Shown here piece after piece: positions 36,901 to 45,604 of a DNA stretch of 54,901 nt (position 1 is its first letter; each line of letters starts with the position of its first letter). The stretch covers positions 1 to 54,901 of the IMG/VR virus record IMGVR_UViG_3300032087_000550; one strand, written 5' to 3'. The DNA is from a virus (lineage: Duplodnaviria; Caudoviricetes). The notes below the pieces were generated by a model. The model did no database searches. It worked only from the letters and a program-made list of their open reading frames with translations, and had not been told where the DNA came from. The translations under genes were made by a program, and so were the position numbers.

Positions 36901-38635
36901 AGACCTCGAACTTCTCATGCGTAATGATCCGGTTCAGTTCGGCCTCATCCTTCATCAGAGTGGCAACTTGAACGTGTTTGCACGAGCAAATATCGAGGAA
37001 GCCGAGGACTTCCGCCGAGCCTTCCGGGACTACGGTTACAAGACATCCAACAAAGCTGTGTCCCGTGAGTTCAAGCAATTTGAAGATATTATTGACAAGG
37101 CCATCGAGTCTAGCGATCCGGAGGGTCACAAGGAACTTGTAAAGGCCCGGGGAATCTATCGACAGCTAAACGACCCTCTTCGTCCCGGTACTCCCATGAA
37201 CCGCATCCTCGGTTCCAAGGTCGGAGATAAAGTTACTCCAGACTCGGGTCCGTACTCGGGCATGTACAAAGGAGCGACACCAGCCCAGATTCTCGGCGAA
37301 ATGGGAGAAACCGTCGCCGATATAATGGCGGGTGGTCGCGGAAAGCTTCAAGCTGCGCAAAAGCTAGAAGATCAAATTGCAGCTATGACGCAACTCTTTG
37401 GCACTGTGGCTGACGACGGAAAGATGCGTATCGATCTTCGAACCGAAGAGGGTAGGCTAGCCGCCGAACTCATGGAAGAGGTTATCGGGGCAATCGTCTA
37501 CGACGGATGGGCTGCGGACTTCTTGGCAAAAAAACCAGCCGTCGGTCAGAGGATAGGTGATCCACGCGGGATCGGGTTCAAGGCAAACATCATCGAGGAA
37601 CTAGAAGGTATCAACAATATCTTTAATATGGATGTTGTTGACCTCGACGGGAAGAATGACAAGTCGCTTGTGTTTAACATCACTAAAATGATTTCTGATG
37701 AAAAAGACATATCGAAGTTGATCGTGGATGGGGGCGCACTTCACGACAGAGGAAAGCGTGTAGTCACTAAATTGAAGCGCACTCTCAAAGCTACCAAGGA
37801 TGAAATCCAGATCAAGATTAAAGGCGAAAAGAGGGCTATGGAAACACTCCAGACGCTCACTAACTTGAAAGACCCGGGATCGTTCTACGAAGAATTTATC
37901 GGTGCAGATGCGTACGGAGACATCGATCTCTTGCGGGATCAGTTCATGGAAACCTTGAAACGCGATAAATCTCTTGAGGGTGTCGATCTCGAAAAGCTGT
38001 TCGATAACGCAATCTATAATATAACTTACAAGGGTCTCATTGAGAGAGGTGGTTACGGTCCTGCAGGGCGAACAGCAACAGACGAACTAAAAGGGTTGCT
38101 CGGAGAAAACATTGTCATCCATGGGTTCGCGAACACCATAGGTGCGCTTGACGAATTAGAAAACCCACAAGTTTTACGCAATCTTGAAAAGGTTATGCCC
38201 CCCGAACACATTGAGAATGTCAAGAACATTTTGACGTATCTTGTAAGGCAACAAGCATCCAAAGCGGCTATGGCTGCTGTCACACAAGGCGCAAAAGGTA
38301 TGTCCGCAAACGAGGCTCTCAGCCGCGCTTACAACATCGCTCGACAGATGGTCAGCCCGACATACGTTGCCTCAGAAGTGACAATCCGAATGTTACAAAA
38401 GAAAGGCGCAGATGCGTTCCTTCTTTCCCTGCAGAGTCCAGATGCGGCGGCAATCATGGACAAGATGCTGAGATTCCCGAAGCTAGTAACGCCAAAGGAA
38501 CTCAAAACTTTCGACACCCTTGTGCAAGAGTTTCTCTTTACAGAGGTTGCTCGGAAGGGCCAAGAGGCCGCACTAACTGATTATTTCAACATGTATCTCG
38601 GAGAAGAGGAAACTACCGATGAAGAAAATGAATAA
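33977..38635 (+). CDS. Large internal virion/ejectosome protein (1552 aa)
   Basis: Largest ORF at the end of the late operon; all-alpha; SRAYNIARQMVSPTYVASE. Confidence 0.7.
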   Translation: MAEEANPVIVEENEETQADDLQPMARTVGEQVEAGEMALADEGKVTTDESGRPRISITPVTLEPKPEASVPTQVRGQLAIPPVTFKSLQPEISADVAPAPEEKLTYKGILEKLDAGETVTLQTPDGKVTYSGRALAKAARTPTVSKRIQLQLAQDSFYKQQQKEEQVPTEPEIAFITPTGRVDVSYLDPDLQDTAAVYAEGRKALDDTLRPLVNTGRPDIDVAVRQYFVDDFSTGEFFDNLVTRLAETGRAVPTLPKYGMDMVGSLGEAVGRALQLQTDVSSEWAALAPKREQKTKDYLRTLSTVLPAPTAAMGMNAQIRKRIQDDPNLTDEQKDDFLYDTTVTGEKFLREFVDDETAYAVIEESFSQMNAVEQFGVMLTENMLGGGILSRTKNTNALREVQRLTDLRKTLKLADDTPLDAVARIAKQRDMKFKVDNDLLELGIYNKAIAQQMDDAGLRVKELSKDLQDAALEHGKNSLQYRRLESEIMNLRRLRRRNYFRQKVSPYLTEVIGDEAALAIAGTVGRQYLDGYMGMDGETAELLGVVGGLTSQITGVTSFGKKVVGTVAGGIGIGTGKLATAITPDGILSPTNALYRKLVQADTTVEDYEKLYFEPREGRPMNRMERKMIKSAFRQVERMDEETREAFLDRLQAQMDLQADLLKMFPEGEARDTAEKFLEQSFAEASTLPDAISAYQMATEMAMAKGIKKGGMGAMLNAASEMERRAARAQTLIEGFEKHVAKFGDPNQTEAVTKLIQQTKSSLMAVEEMVDMEFVKLNKNLDAMMDSALEDISEPMDETFFEDYLAAKELLARRISPESAEELAGVVADLESIKDAAIKTDKALLEKFRTIRAIRDRKTLHSSSLATAVETLMFQRYGKLSAEMDAAYNDFRKFVASGPRPNIDISSSVEEMLSLADAGDIATFFGPQSTFFSGYLGRKARTMFERMVRRTLNELPEEELTEMFTSLVEEGVNPGDLELLMRNDPVQFGLILHQSGNLNVFARANIEEAEDFRRAFRDYGYKTSNKAVSREFKQFEDIIDKAIESSDPEGHKELVKARGIYRQLNDPLRPGTPMNRILGSKVGDKVTPDSGPYSGMYKGATPAQILGEMGETVADIMAGGRGKLQAAQKLEDQIAAMTQLFGTVADDGKMRIDLRTEEGRLAAELMEEVIGAIVYDGWAADFLAKKPAVGQRIGDPRGIGFKANIIEELEGINNIFNMDVVDLDGKNDKSLVFNITKMISDEKDISKLIVDGGALHDRGKRVVTKLKRTLKATKDEIQIKIKGEKRAMETLQTLTNLKDPGSFYEEFIGADAYGDIDLLRDQFMETLKRDKSLEGVDLEKLFDNAIYNITYKGLIERGGYGPAGRTATDELKGLLGENIVIHGFANTIGALDELENPQVLRNLEKVMPPEHIENVKNILTYLVRQQASKAAMAAVTQGAKGMSANEALSRAYNIARQMVSPTYVASEVTIRMLQKKGADAFLLSLQSPDAAAIMDKMLRFPKLVTPKELKTFDTLVQEFLFTEVARKGQEAALTDYFNMYLGEEETTDEENE

Positions 38636-38804
38636 AAAGCCAAAGGGCTATGCGTACGGATCGATGGTCCGTAAGCCCATGCAAGCTGGCGGCATGACCA
38701 TGTCCGCGAACCCGATGATGGATCGCAAAGACAAGATGGGCATGACCGGCAACATGGGCATGGGTATGATGTACGGCGGCAAGATGAACAAAAAGATGCG
38801 CTAG
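38619..38804 (+). CDS. Small Met/Lys/Gly-rich basic protein (61 aa)
   Basis: GAGGA SD; 16 of 61 residues are Met. Confidence 0.6.
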   Translation: MKKMNKKPKGYAYGSMVRKPMQAGGMTMSANPMMDRKDKMGMTGNMGMGMMYGGKMNKKMR

Positions 38805-39028
38805 ACGTAGCGGCCAGACTTCTCGTATATCTCGTCGTTGATTGACTTGAGATACCTGATCAAGCTGGCAACCTTGTAGGTAGCTTCGTAGCTAGGCATA
38901 CCTGCTTCCATAGTTTTGATAAATGTATCGGGGTCAACGGACTGGGTCTCCAGTTCGATGTCCCCGTTTTCATTTAGGAACACCTGTAGGTTAAACAGGG
39001 TGGCCTTCGATTTCTTTTGCTTGCTCAT
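38801..39028 (-). CDS. Hypothetical protein
   Basis: Last ORF of the - strand operon. Confidence 0.65.
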   Translation of the reverse strand: MSKQKKSKATLFNLQVFLNENGDIELETQSVDPDTFIKTMEAGMPSYEATYKVASLIRYLKSINDEIYEKSGRYV

Positions 39029-39500
39029 AGTGGGTTCGCAGGTCCGAGATAGCTAGGTTGTGGCAGTCTGCCCGTACTTCGTAGCCGTTGTCCGGATCGA
39101 GTTGACCCTTCTTCATAAACACGGACTTGTCGAAGTATTCTTCTTTTGACAGGTATCCGAGGAACCAGCCTTTTGAAAAATCTTTGAGGATGCGCGTGAA
39201 GGCGTAGATATCGCAGTCTTGCTTCGTGTTGAAGTTGCTGATGCTACACGAATAGTGAGGCAAGGGGGTTGCTGACGTTTGCTTCGTCTTCACCTCTACC
39301 TTGCGACCATCATCCAAGACGATGTCGTAGTCGTACGAGTTGAGCCACGAACCCCCGAGGACGTTGAGGACCACCTGCTCTCCGAGGAAGCCCGCTACAC
39401 TGCCGCCGCCCCGCAGGATAGAGTTGTTCAACTGACCCATCTCAGTGGCCTTGCCACGGGCCTTGAGGAGCATTTCGTCACTTATCTTCACTTCGATCAT
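38991..39500 (-). CDS. PD-(D/E)xK-type nuclease-like protein
   Basis: GFLGE...YDYDIV...KVEVKTK. Confidence 0.65.
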   Translation of the reverse strand: MIEVKISDEMLLKARGKATEMGQLNNSILRGGGSVAGFLGEQVVLNVLGGSWLNSYDYDIVLDDGRKVEVKTKQTSATPLPHYSCSISNFNTKQDCDIYAFTRILKDFSKGWFLGYLSKEEYFDKSVFMKKGQLDPDNGYEVRADCHNLAISDLRTHYEQAKEIEGHPV

Positions 39501-39906
39501 CGTTCAAGTACCCTATTGCTCGTTGCAAAACTTCTATGCTGTCGTGGAAACAACCAAGCCCTCTGTTACAGGCGTGACACAGCCATCCTCTGAATGTGTC
39601 TGTCTCGTGATCGTGGTCTATAACCCACGAGCCGTTCCTGTTGTTTCCTTTACCTGACACATCCTGCTGATTACCTAGACAGATGGGACAGATATAATCT
39701 TCTGGTGGATTACCCACACTGTCGCGTATTTCTTGTCTTACCTTACTAAGCTTATTGTTACACGACTTGCATTCCGGACGCAAGTAGTTTGCAGCCGAGC
39801 AGCGCGAGAAAGCGGAGAGAGGAAGGAACTGCTTACACTTGTTGCAAACTTTTCCCTCTTTTCCCTTGTATTCTGTATCACTGCTCTGGAACAGTTCTAG
39901 CTGCAA
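39478..39906 (-). CDS. Endonuclease VII-family (His-Me finger) nuclease, probable homing endonuclease
   Basis: CPIC...IDHDH..FRGWLCHACNRGLG; N-terminal CxxC..CxxC; TTG start after GGAG. Confidence 0.85.
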   Translation of the reverse strand: MQLELFQSSDTEYKGKEGKVCNKCKQFLPLSAFSRCSAANYLRPECKSCNNKLSKVRQEIRDSVGNPPEDYICPICLGNQQDVSGKGNNRNGSWVIDHDHETDTFRGWLCHACNRGLGCFHDSIEVLQRAIGYLNDDRSEDK

Positions 39907-40030
39907 AGTGCTTCTCCAAAACTTTGAGCCATTCCTCGTATCCCGGATGGTTGCGAGGCGGGTCGTACTGAACCCATCCATCGCCCTGCTTCCACACCGG
40001 ACGCAACAACTCAGTCTTCTTCTTGGGCAT
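39878..40030 (-). CDS. Small hypothetical protein (50 aa; not in ORF track)
   Basis: MPKKKTELLRPVWKQGDGWVQYDPPRNHPGYEEW... Confidence 0.5.
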   Translation of the reverse strand: MPKKKTELLRPVWKQGDGWVQYDPPRNHPGYEEWLKVLEKHFAARTVPEQ

Positions 40031-40172
40031 CCGGCATCCTTTCCAAGCCTTCAATGAGTCTACGCTGTAGAGCCTCTGAAATCAGACCGGCGCGTGTGTC
40101 CTCGTCCATCTCGAAGGTGACGACTGCACCGCCGTCCTTGAGTTCAACGTACTCTATGACTTCAAGCCGCAT
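40011..40172 (-). CDS. Small hypothetical protein (53 aa; not in ORF track)
   Basis: MRLEVIEYVELKDGGAVVTFEMD...; overlaps the RNR stop. Confidence 0.55.
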   Translation of the reverse strand: MRLEVIEYVELKDGGAVVTFEMDEDTRAGLISEALQRRLIEGLERMPDAQEED

Positions 40173-42090
40173 TGAGGTCTACCACTTCACACACACCCGC
40201 CGTACACGCGAGTTCGCGGGAACCAGAGGTGTTGTCCTCACGCTCGTACTCCGAAAGGGCTTGCCAGTCAATCTGCAAACCACCATACGCAAGTTGCCAC
40301 TCCGCGTAGTCATCAGCCTCAATGTCCTGATACGGAGCCTGTTGATACGTGTGGTCCGAGTGCGGAAGGAACGATACGCCTGACGCAACGTCAAAGTTTT
40401 CGAACACCCACGAACCCACGTCCATCCACTCGTGTTCCTTTACCGTGATGGTTACGGACGGCTTGTGTTCACACCAGCTAAGAGCGTACACCTTCCACAA
40501 CTCAAGCTGTTCGATAGCTGTCATCTGTGTGCGGGTCACTGCGTTATCCGGAGACTTCATGGCAAAGGAAAAGACAGTAGTCGAGTCCGGCTTCATCACA
40601 CACGCCTCACTGTGTACGCCCCGATCCTTGAGGAACTGAGTAAGCGGGTCTTTGTTGTCTCCACGAACAGTACGAATGTAATAGTCGTTATGTCTAGCGT
40701 GAATGCCGCTTGCAGCGTCCACCAGTTGCGATACAGTACCCGACGGTTTTACACAGGTGATGGCAGCCGACTGTGGAATACCAAGCTTCTCCGCGAACTC
40801 CTTGTTCGTATCGACGGCGACTTGCCTCATTTCTTCGAGCCAACGAGGGGAATCGACGATCTTTGATAAGATCGAGTGATCCATGATACCAGTCAATGAT
40901 ACGCCTAAGAGGCGTTCTTCTTCCGTGTTTGTTTTCCATACCTTCCTCAAATATTTGAAGTCAGTCAGAGTAGACTGCAGGGTTCCAAGGATGGTTGCGA
41001 GGCGAACCTTGCGCTTCAAGGAGTCGAGCGTGTCGTGTTCGCGGACCACAACCTCTGACAGGTTGCAGAACTGGTACGGACGCAGGATGATCTCGGAGCA
41101 TGGGTTCGTGCCCCACATGTGGCCAACCTCACGCCGTCCGTTCCGGGCAACTTGTACGTCAGCAGCCTCACGGTTGAAGATGCCACGCTCACCCGACTTG
41201 GAGTCGTACAGAGCAAGCCACTCGCGCATAAACGTACCCATTTCCGGCTTACCCTTGTACGCAACCGAGTTGTTGGCAAGGGCACGTTGACCCTCGTGTT
41301 CCCACCACATACCCGACTTGGCATGTGCCATCTGATCATCGTTCAAGTTGCTGAGTGAGATGAGGGCCGAGCGGCGAACCCCACCAACCACGACAATCTC
41401 CCCAATCTTGCACATCAGGTCGTGGCACTCGATAGGAAATAGCTTGCGACCCTGTGCCTTCTTGAACAGGGCAACGGTAAACTTGAACAGGTCGTCGAGT
41501 GGTCCGGGACCAGACGCACGGCCACCCATGGTCTTGAGGCGTTCACCGGACGCGCGTACCCCCGACAAGTCCCACGTAGGGATTTGTCCGACGTACAAAA
41601 GACCGATGAGTTCGCGCAGAGACTTGGCCCATCCGGGCTTCGAGTCTCCGACTTTAATCACGGTGTCCGAGTCGTGCATCGCATCGCTGACAACCGGAAG
41701 CTTGTCCACGTTCTCACGCTCTACAGAGAAGCCCACACCCGTACCGCACATCAGGATATACATACACTCGTCGAACGAACGAGGGCTGTCCACGGGGATG
41801 TACGAACAGTTGTAGCCACAGATGTTGTCACGGGCTAGGGCGGGTCCGGATGTCATCATCGCCCGCATCGACGGCATAACCTCTAAGGACATGATGCCAT
41901 CTGTGATCTCACGTGTTAGTGAATCAGAAAGCTTATAGCCGTGATTGTCACGCACATGGCCACCCATAAAAGAAACATACCTAGATACTGTTTCATCCCA
42001 GTTCTCCCTGCGCTGTTCGTCATCGAGCCAACGAGCGTACCGCGACTTGTGGATAAACTGTTGGTATGGTGTGGGTAACATATTGTTCAT
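40162..42090 (-). CDS. nrdJ: Class II (B12-dependent) ribonucleotide reductase
   Basis: YNCSY, GTNPCSEI, TCVKPSGT, C-terminal ACTAGVC; no beta-subunit gene present. Confidence 0.9.
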   Translation of the reverse strand: MNNMLPTPYQQFIHKSRYARWLDDEQRRENWDETVSRYVSFMGGHVRDNHGYKLSDSLTREITDGIMSLEVMPSMRAMMTSGPALARDNICGYNCSYIPVDSPRSFDECMYILMCGTGVGFSVERENVDKLPVVSDAMHDSDTVIKVGDSKPGWAKSLRELIGLLYVGQIPTWDLSGVRASGERLKTMGGRASGPGPLDDLFKFTVALFKKAQGRKLFPIECHDLMCKIGEIVVVGGVRRSALISLSNLNDDQMAHAKSGMWWEHEGQRALANNSVAYKGKPEMGTFMREWLALYDSKSGERGIFNREAADVQVARNGRREVGHMWGTNPCSEIILRPYQFCNLSEVVVREHDTLDSLKRKVRLATILGTLQSTLTDFKYLRKVWKTNTEEERLLGVSLTGIMDHSILSKIVDSPRWLEEMRQVAVDTNKEFAEKLGIPQSAAITCVKPSGTVSQLVDAASGIHARHNDYYIRTVRGDNKDPLTQFLKDRGVHSEACVMKPDSTTVFSFAMKSPDNAVTRTQMTAIEQLELWKVYALSWCEHKPSVTITVKEHEWMDVGSWVFENFDVASGVSFLPHSDHTYQQAPYQDIEADDYAEWQLAYGGLQIDWQALSEYEREDNTSGSRELACTAGVCEVVDLNAA

Positions 42091-42377
42091 TATTCTATCT
42101 CCTCAATTAGCTTGCTAAGATACCACTGTGCCTTTTTCAGGTCTTCAACGCCATTCTTGTAACGATAGCGCCAGAGGTACTTTATGATGTTTCCTTGCAG
42201 GTAATATTCGTAGCCGTCACTCGTTGCGGCTTCGATAGCATCGATGCACTCAATACCTGCTTGATTGTAGTGCGGTGGCGAATTGACCATGTCAGATCGA
42301 TCCGCATAAAACTCGTTCAGCAGCTTATCTTCGTCTGCTTCTGTTGCCTTCATCTTCATGTACGCCTCGTGTCTCAC
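42090..42377 (-). CDS. DUF3310 / T7 gp1.7-like nucleotide kinase-like protein
   Basis: VNSPPHY...ECIDAI...GNIIKYLWRY..KNG.EDL.KA.WYL. Confidence 0.85.
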   Translation of the reverse strand: MRHEAYMKMKATEADEDKLLNEFYADRSDMVNSPPHYNQAGIECIDAIEAATSDGYEYYLQGNIIKYLWRYRYKNGVEDLKKAQWYLSKLIEEIE

Positions 42378-42709
42378 CGATCATCTCCACTGCCACCGAT
42401 CTTACCAGCAGCCTTGCGAGACTTCAACTTGTAAATGTTCATTTCCGCAACTTGCTGCAGGTCGAACCCCAAGTCGTTTGCGAGAGCAGCACAGTACCAC
42501 ATCACGTCGCCAATCTCTTTGGCAATCTCCGCAAGAAACCGTGCATCGGTCCTGTCATCACGGTAAATTTTCTTTACTTTATCGGCAACCTCACCGGCTT
42601 CACCCGCGAGTCCGAGAGCAGGATATACGACCTTCATGTGTTCTGGATAAATAGCAAACTTCTTGGCTTGCATCTGATAGTTGTTCAAGTTCCAGTTGTC
42701 TTTGATCAT
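42374..42709 (-). CDS. mazG: MazG-like NTP pyrophosphohydrolase
   Basis: LGLAGEAGEVADKVKK...KEIGDVMWY...N..KL..R. Confidence 0.9.
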   Translation of the reverse strand: MIKDNWNLNNYQMQAKKFAIYPEHMKVVYPALGLAGEAGEVADKVKKIYRDDRTDARFLAEIAKEIGDVMWYCAALANDLGFDLQQVAEMNIYKLKSRKAAGKIGGSGDDR

Positions 42710-43050
42710 TGCGTCTTTCCAAAATTTATCTTGACGATGTTAGTATCCGGATCGTGGGTAACATCGGGCGAATTGTCCGTTTCTTCGACCATAGCTTCCT
42801 TTACGGCTTCAAACTGTAGCCGTGCCAGACCGGCTTGCATAACGCGGTCGAAGTCCGACTCCATAAGTTCGACGAGTCCGGACAGGATCACCGTACCGGC
42901 GGGGATGTATTCATCGTCATCTTCGTCCGTGGTATCATACGCCGTCATCATCACATGATCGTCGTCGTCGCCCTGCCTAAAGATAAGGTACCACCTATCC
43001 TTGAGAAGGCTGGCACGTTCCAAGGTGCCTTGAATCTCACTGTCATCCAT
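42706..43050 (-). CDS. Hypothetical acidic protein
   Basis: GGAG SD, MDDSEIQ...; ends NIVKINFG. Confidence 0.7.
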   Translation of the reverse strand: MDDSEIQGTLERASLLKDRWYLIFRQGDDDDHVMMTAYDTTDEDDDEYIPAGTVILSGLVELMESDFDRVMQAGLARLQFEAVKEAMVEETDNSPDVTHDPDTNIVKINFGKTQ

Positions 43051-43414
43051 TTGTACACCACTCCTCTGGTATAGACCCCTCGGCCCACTCGAAGCCGTGT
43101 TTGCTAGCCCACTGACCATACGTGGTCTTCGAGCCTTTGTAAATCTTGTTCGAGGCACGGACGAACACGAACCGGATATCCATGTCAGGGTTTTGCTCCT
43201 TGACCAACAACATCTTTACACGGTCGCCCTTGTCGAGATGACCCTTGGTTTCCACGTACACGTTTGTTTCCGGGAAGTAAAAGTCCGGCGTGTAGGTTCG
43301 CGGCTTGGGGATGTACACAATCCGCTCCTTTTCGTACTCGAACGCGATACCCCGCTCCACAAGTTTGCGGGCGACGTTGGATTCGAACTGTGATCTGAAT
43401 TTGATTTTTCTCAT
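43043..43414 (-). CDS. T7 endonuclease I-like Holliday junction resolvase
   Basis: FRSQFE...YTPDF...YVETKG...DIRFVF...TTY..WA..HGF. Confidence 0.9.
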   Translation of the reverse strand: MRKIKFRSQFESNVARKLVERGIAFEYEKERIVYIPKPRTYTPDFYFPETNVYVETKGHLDKGDRVKMLLVKEQNPDMDIRFVFVRASNKIYKGSKTTYGQWASKHGFEWAEGSIPEEWCTNG

Positions 43415-43806
43415 CAGCCTTGAAGCGGAAACGCCCCCTTGATTAAGTTTAGCCGCTTTAGCAGATACTGTTCTACTTTTGGGGTAAACTTTCTTAAACG
43501 TGATAGTTCCTCGTTTAATGGGATCGTCGGTATACATATGGTTGTGCCCATCCTCAAATGTTGATTGATCTGTTGAAACTCTTCTTCGATACGCACGATG
43601 TCCCGCGCCTCTGTTTCAGAAACAAGGTAGCCGGACTCGGAGTAATTGTTACGCAAAGTTAAAGGCAGCGAACCCTCAAGGTTTCGTACCTTGACTAAGG
43701 CAGGTTCGCCGCCCTTACTTTCGTGGCTATCGATATACAGGTGCCGAATCTGCGGGTTTAGGCCCAGCAACTTGAGGTCGTACCCGCTGGTGTACAGGAT
43801 AGGCAT
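43414..43806 (-). CDS. Hypothetical protein
   Basis: Fills the operon with TGATG coupling to endonuclease I. Confidence 0.65.
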   Translation of the reverse strand: MPILYTSGYDLKLLGLNPQIRHLYIDSHESKGGEPALVKVRNLEGSLPLTLRNNYSESGYLVSETEARDIVRIEEEFQQINQHLRMGTTICIPTIPLNEELSRLRKFTPKVEQYLLKRLNLIKGAFPLQG

Positions 43807-43807
43807 A

Positions 43808-44686
43808 TCATAGCTCCTTCTTCACCAGCTTTGTGTACCACGTCATCGGCGGGTTCTTGGCCTTCGAGGTAATCTTCGGGTGGTACTCTGCACTCTTCCA
43901 GCAGTGTTCCTTGAACGAGCAGAAGGTGCAGGTCTTTGGCATGAGCCGGTTGCCTGTTTCAATCTTCTCGCCCTTGAGGGTATACACTTCCGGTACAGAT
44001 GTAAACGGCACCTTGAACTTGGCGTCGTTGACGATAGCGTGGACACGCTTGGCAGCTTCTTCGAGATATGCCTTCCGGTCCTCTTCCTGATCGTCTGGTG
44101 CCTCTACAAAGTCCCACTCACCACTCGACTTGTTGATGGCAATCCAGCCACCGAAGGGCAACCCCTTGGACTCGGAGTACAGGAACCCCTGCATGATGTA
44201 ACCAAACGGATCATCTTCCTTGATCGCGTCGTAGCCACCACGTCCCGAGAACTTGTTTTCAAATGACCACGGACTTGTGGACTTGATGTCCCACACCTTT
44301 TCGTCGATGATGACATCCAAGGTTCCGTTGACGGTCTGCCCATCGAGTTCGAGGGAACATTGGCTCTGTTCCTCTTCGACCTTGATGCCAGCACCCTTCA
44401 TGATAAGGACTGCTGCAGCCTCTACCAGATCACCAATAAGAAAACGTACCAGATCGTTGTAAGCGACATCTTGCTTGTGCCCCTGCTTCTCTAGCTGTTG
44501 CTGGCAGAGGGGACGACCAATGCCAGACATCCGGATTCGGTAGTCCGATCTCCGGCTGAACTGCTTGCGTATTGCTGCCTTACAGTCTTCCCCAAACGCC
44601 TCAATGAGGTCGTCGAGACGGGAGGAGTCGATCTCCCCCCGCCCCGCTTTTTGCAGGAAGTCCTGAACTTCCAAGAGATGAAGCAT
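43808..44686 (-). CDS. PD-(D/E)xK (Cas4/RecB-like) exonuclease
   Basis: RMSGIGRPLC...GTLD...WDIKS...GYIMQ...CTFCSFKEHCW. Confidence 0.8.
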   Translation of the reverse strand: MLHLLEVQDFLQKAGRGEIDSSRLDDLIEAFGEDCKAAIRKQFSRRSDYRIRMSGIGRPLCQQQLEKQGHKQDVAYNDLVRFLIGDLVEAAAVLIMKGAGIKVEEEQSQCSLELDGQTVNGTLDVIIDEKVWDIKSTSPWSFENKFSGRGGYDAIKEDDPFGYIMQGFLYSESKGLPFGGWIAINKSSGEWDFVEAPDDQEEDRKAYLEEAAKRVHAIVNDAKFKVPFTSVPEVYTLKGEKIETGNRLMPKTCTFCSFKEHCWKSAEYHPKITSKAKNPPMTWYTKLVKKEL

Positions 44687-45540
44687 CAGCTTGCGAAACG
44701 CTGTGCAAGGTCGATGTCATCGTCGCTAGCGGCCATCTTCACGGCGTCCTTGTATTCGGACATTACCGAGTCGTTGTGACCCTTCACGGTCTCCGCAAAC
44801 TGCTTGATCAGTTCCTTGTCAGTATCCGTGATAGATACTTCCTTGACCAAGGACAGCTTCGGGGTCCAGTAGATCACGCCGCCGTTCTTCTGCTTCTCGG
44901 TAGCGAGTTCGATCACAGCCTTCTGCATCAGGATTTTCCGGCGAGTAAGCTGGGTGTCGATGAACTCACGAACCGGACGGAAGCCCGACCGCTTGAAGTA
45001 CGCCATGAACGGCACCGACTCCAAAGGTGATGGCGAACCGTCCGCAGTAGTCGCGTCGGGTGCGTCGATGATGCCGTAGATCACCTGATTACAGCTTACC
45101 GACTTACTCAGGATCACACGCGGATCATCCGAAGCAAGCTGGTCTTCTTCGGCGCGGGTCAGGCGACCACACTTATTTCCGCCAGCAGAGTCCGGAAACT
45201 CACCAGACAGGCTGGTACGCTGCACAGACTTACAGGAGAACTTCTGTTCTTCCTGATCCCACACAGACCATTCGTAGGTCCGCATCAGGGGGCGAATCTG
45301 CACCTTATCGGCATAGGCAAGGCCCGAGCCGTTCCAGATGCGCCAAGCACCACGCTTGAGCGGCAGACCTTCGTCGGTCTCTGCTTCGTAGTTGATTGTC
45401 AGGCGGGGCAAGCCCACACGCGGGGTGGAGTCCACGTCGGCCTGACCAGACATCTTCATCAGGGCTTCTTCGTCGCCCGAGTCGAATGCGGTTACAAAGT
45501 TATTCAGTTCGTCGTTCATCAGAGAAAGTTCGTTACCCAT
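44686..45540 (-). CDS. Probable ssDNA-binding protein
   Basis: Between polymerase and exonuclease; LPRL.I N-terminus; acidic-aromatic C-terminal tail. Confidence 0.6.
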   Translation of the reverse strand: MGNELSLMNDELNNFVTAFDSGDEEALMKMSGQADVDSTPRVGLPRLTINYEAETDEGLPLKRGAWRIWNGSGLAYADKVQIRPLMRTYEWSVWDQEEQKFSCKSVQRTSLSGEFPDSAGGNKCGRLTRAEEDQLASDDPRVILSKSVSCNQVIYGIIDAPDATTADGSPSPLESVPFMAYFKRSGFRPVREFIDTQLTRRKILMQKAVIELATEKQKNGGVIYWTPKLSLVKEVSITDTDKELIKQFAETVKGHNDSVMSEYKDAVKMAASDDDIDLAQRFAS

Positions 45541-45574
45541 GTTATCCTCACAGTTGGGTGTTGAAGGTAGGGGT

Positions 45575-45604
45575 ATTATACTGTCAGGACTTCTTCCAAG
45601 TCAA
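45575..45604 (-). promoter_or_regulatory. Sigma70-type promoter at the polymerase 3' end, driving SSB onward
   Basis: TTGACT, 18 nt, TATAAT. Confidence 0.6.

Noticed and set aside
40162-42090. Intein or intron in RNR, polymerase, helicase or TerL
   Set aside because: Lengths are normal and no splicing motifs were seen
43808-44686. Cas4 as evidence of a CRISPR system
   Set aside because: Common phage replication exonuclease; no other cas genes or repeat-spacer array
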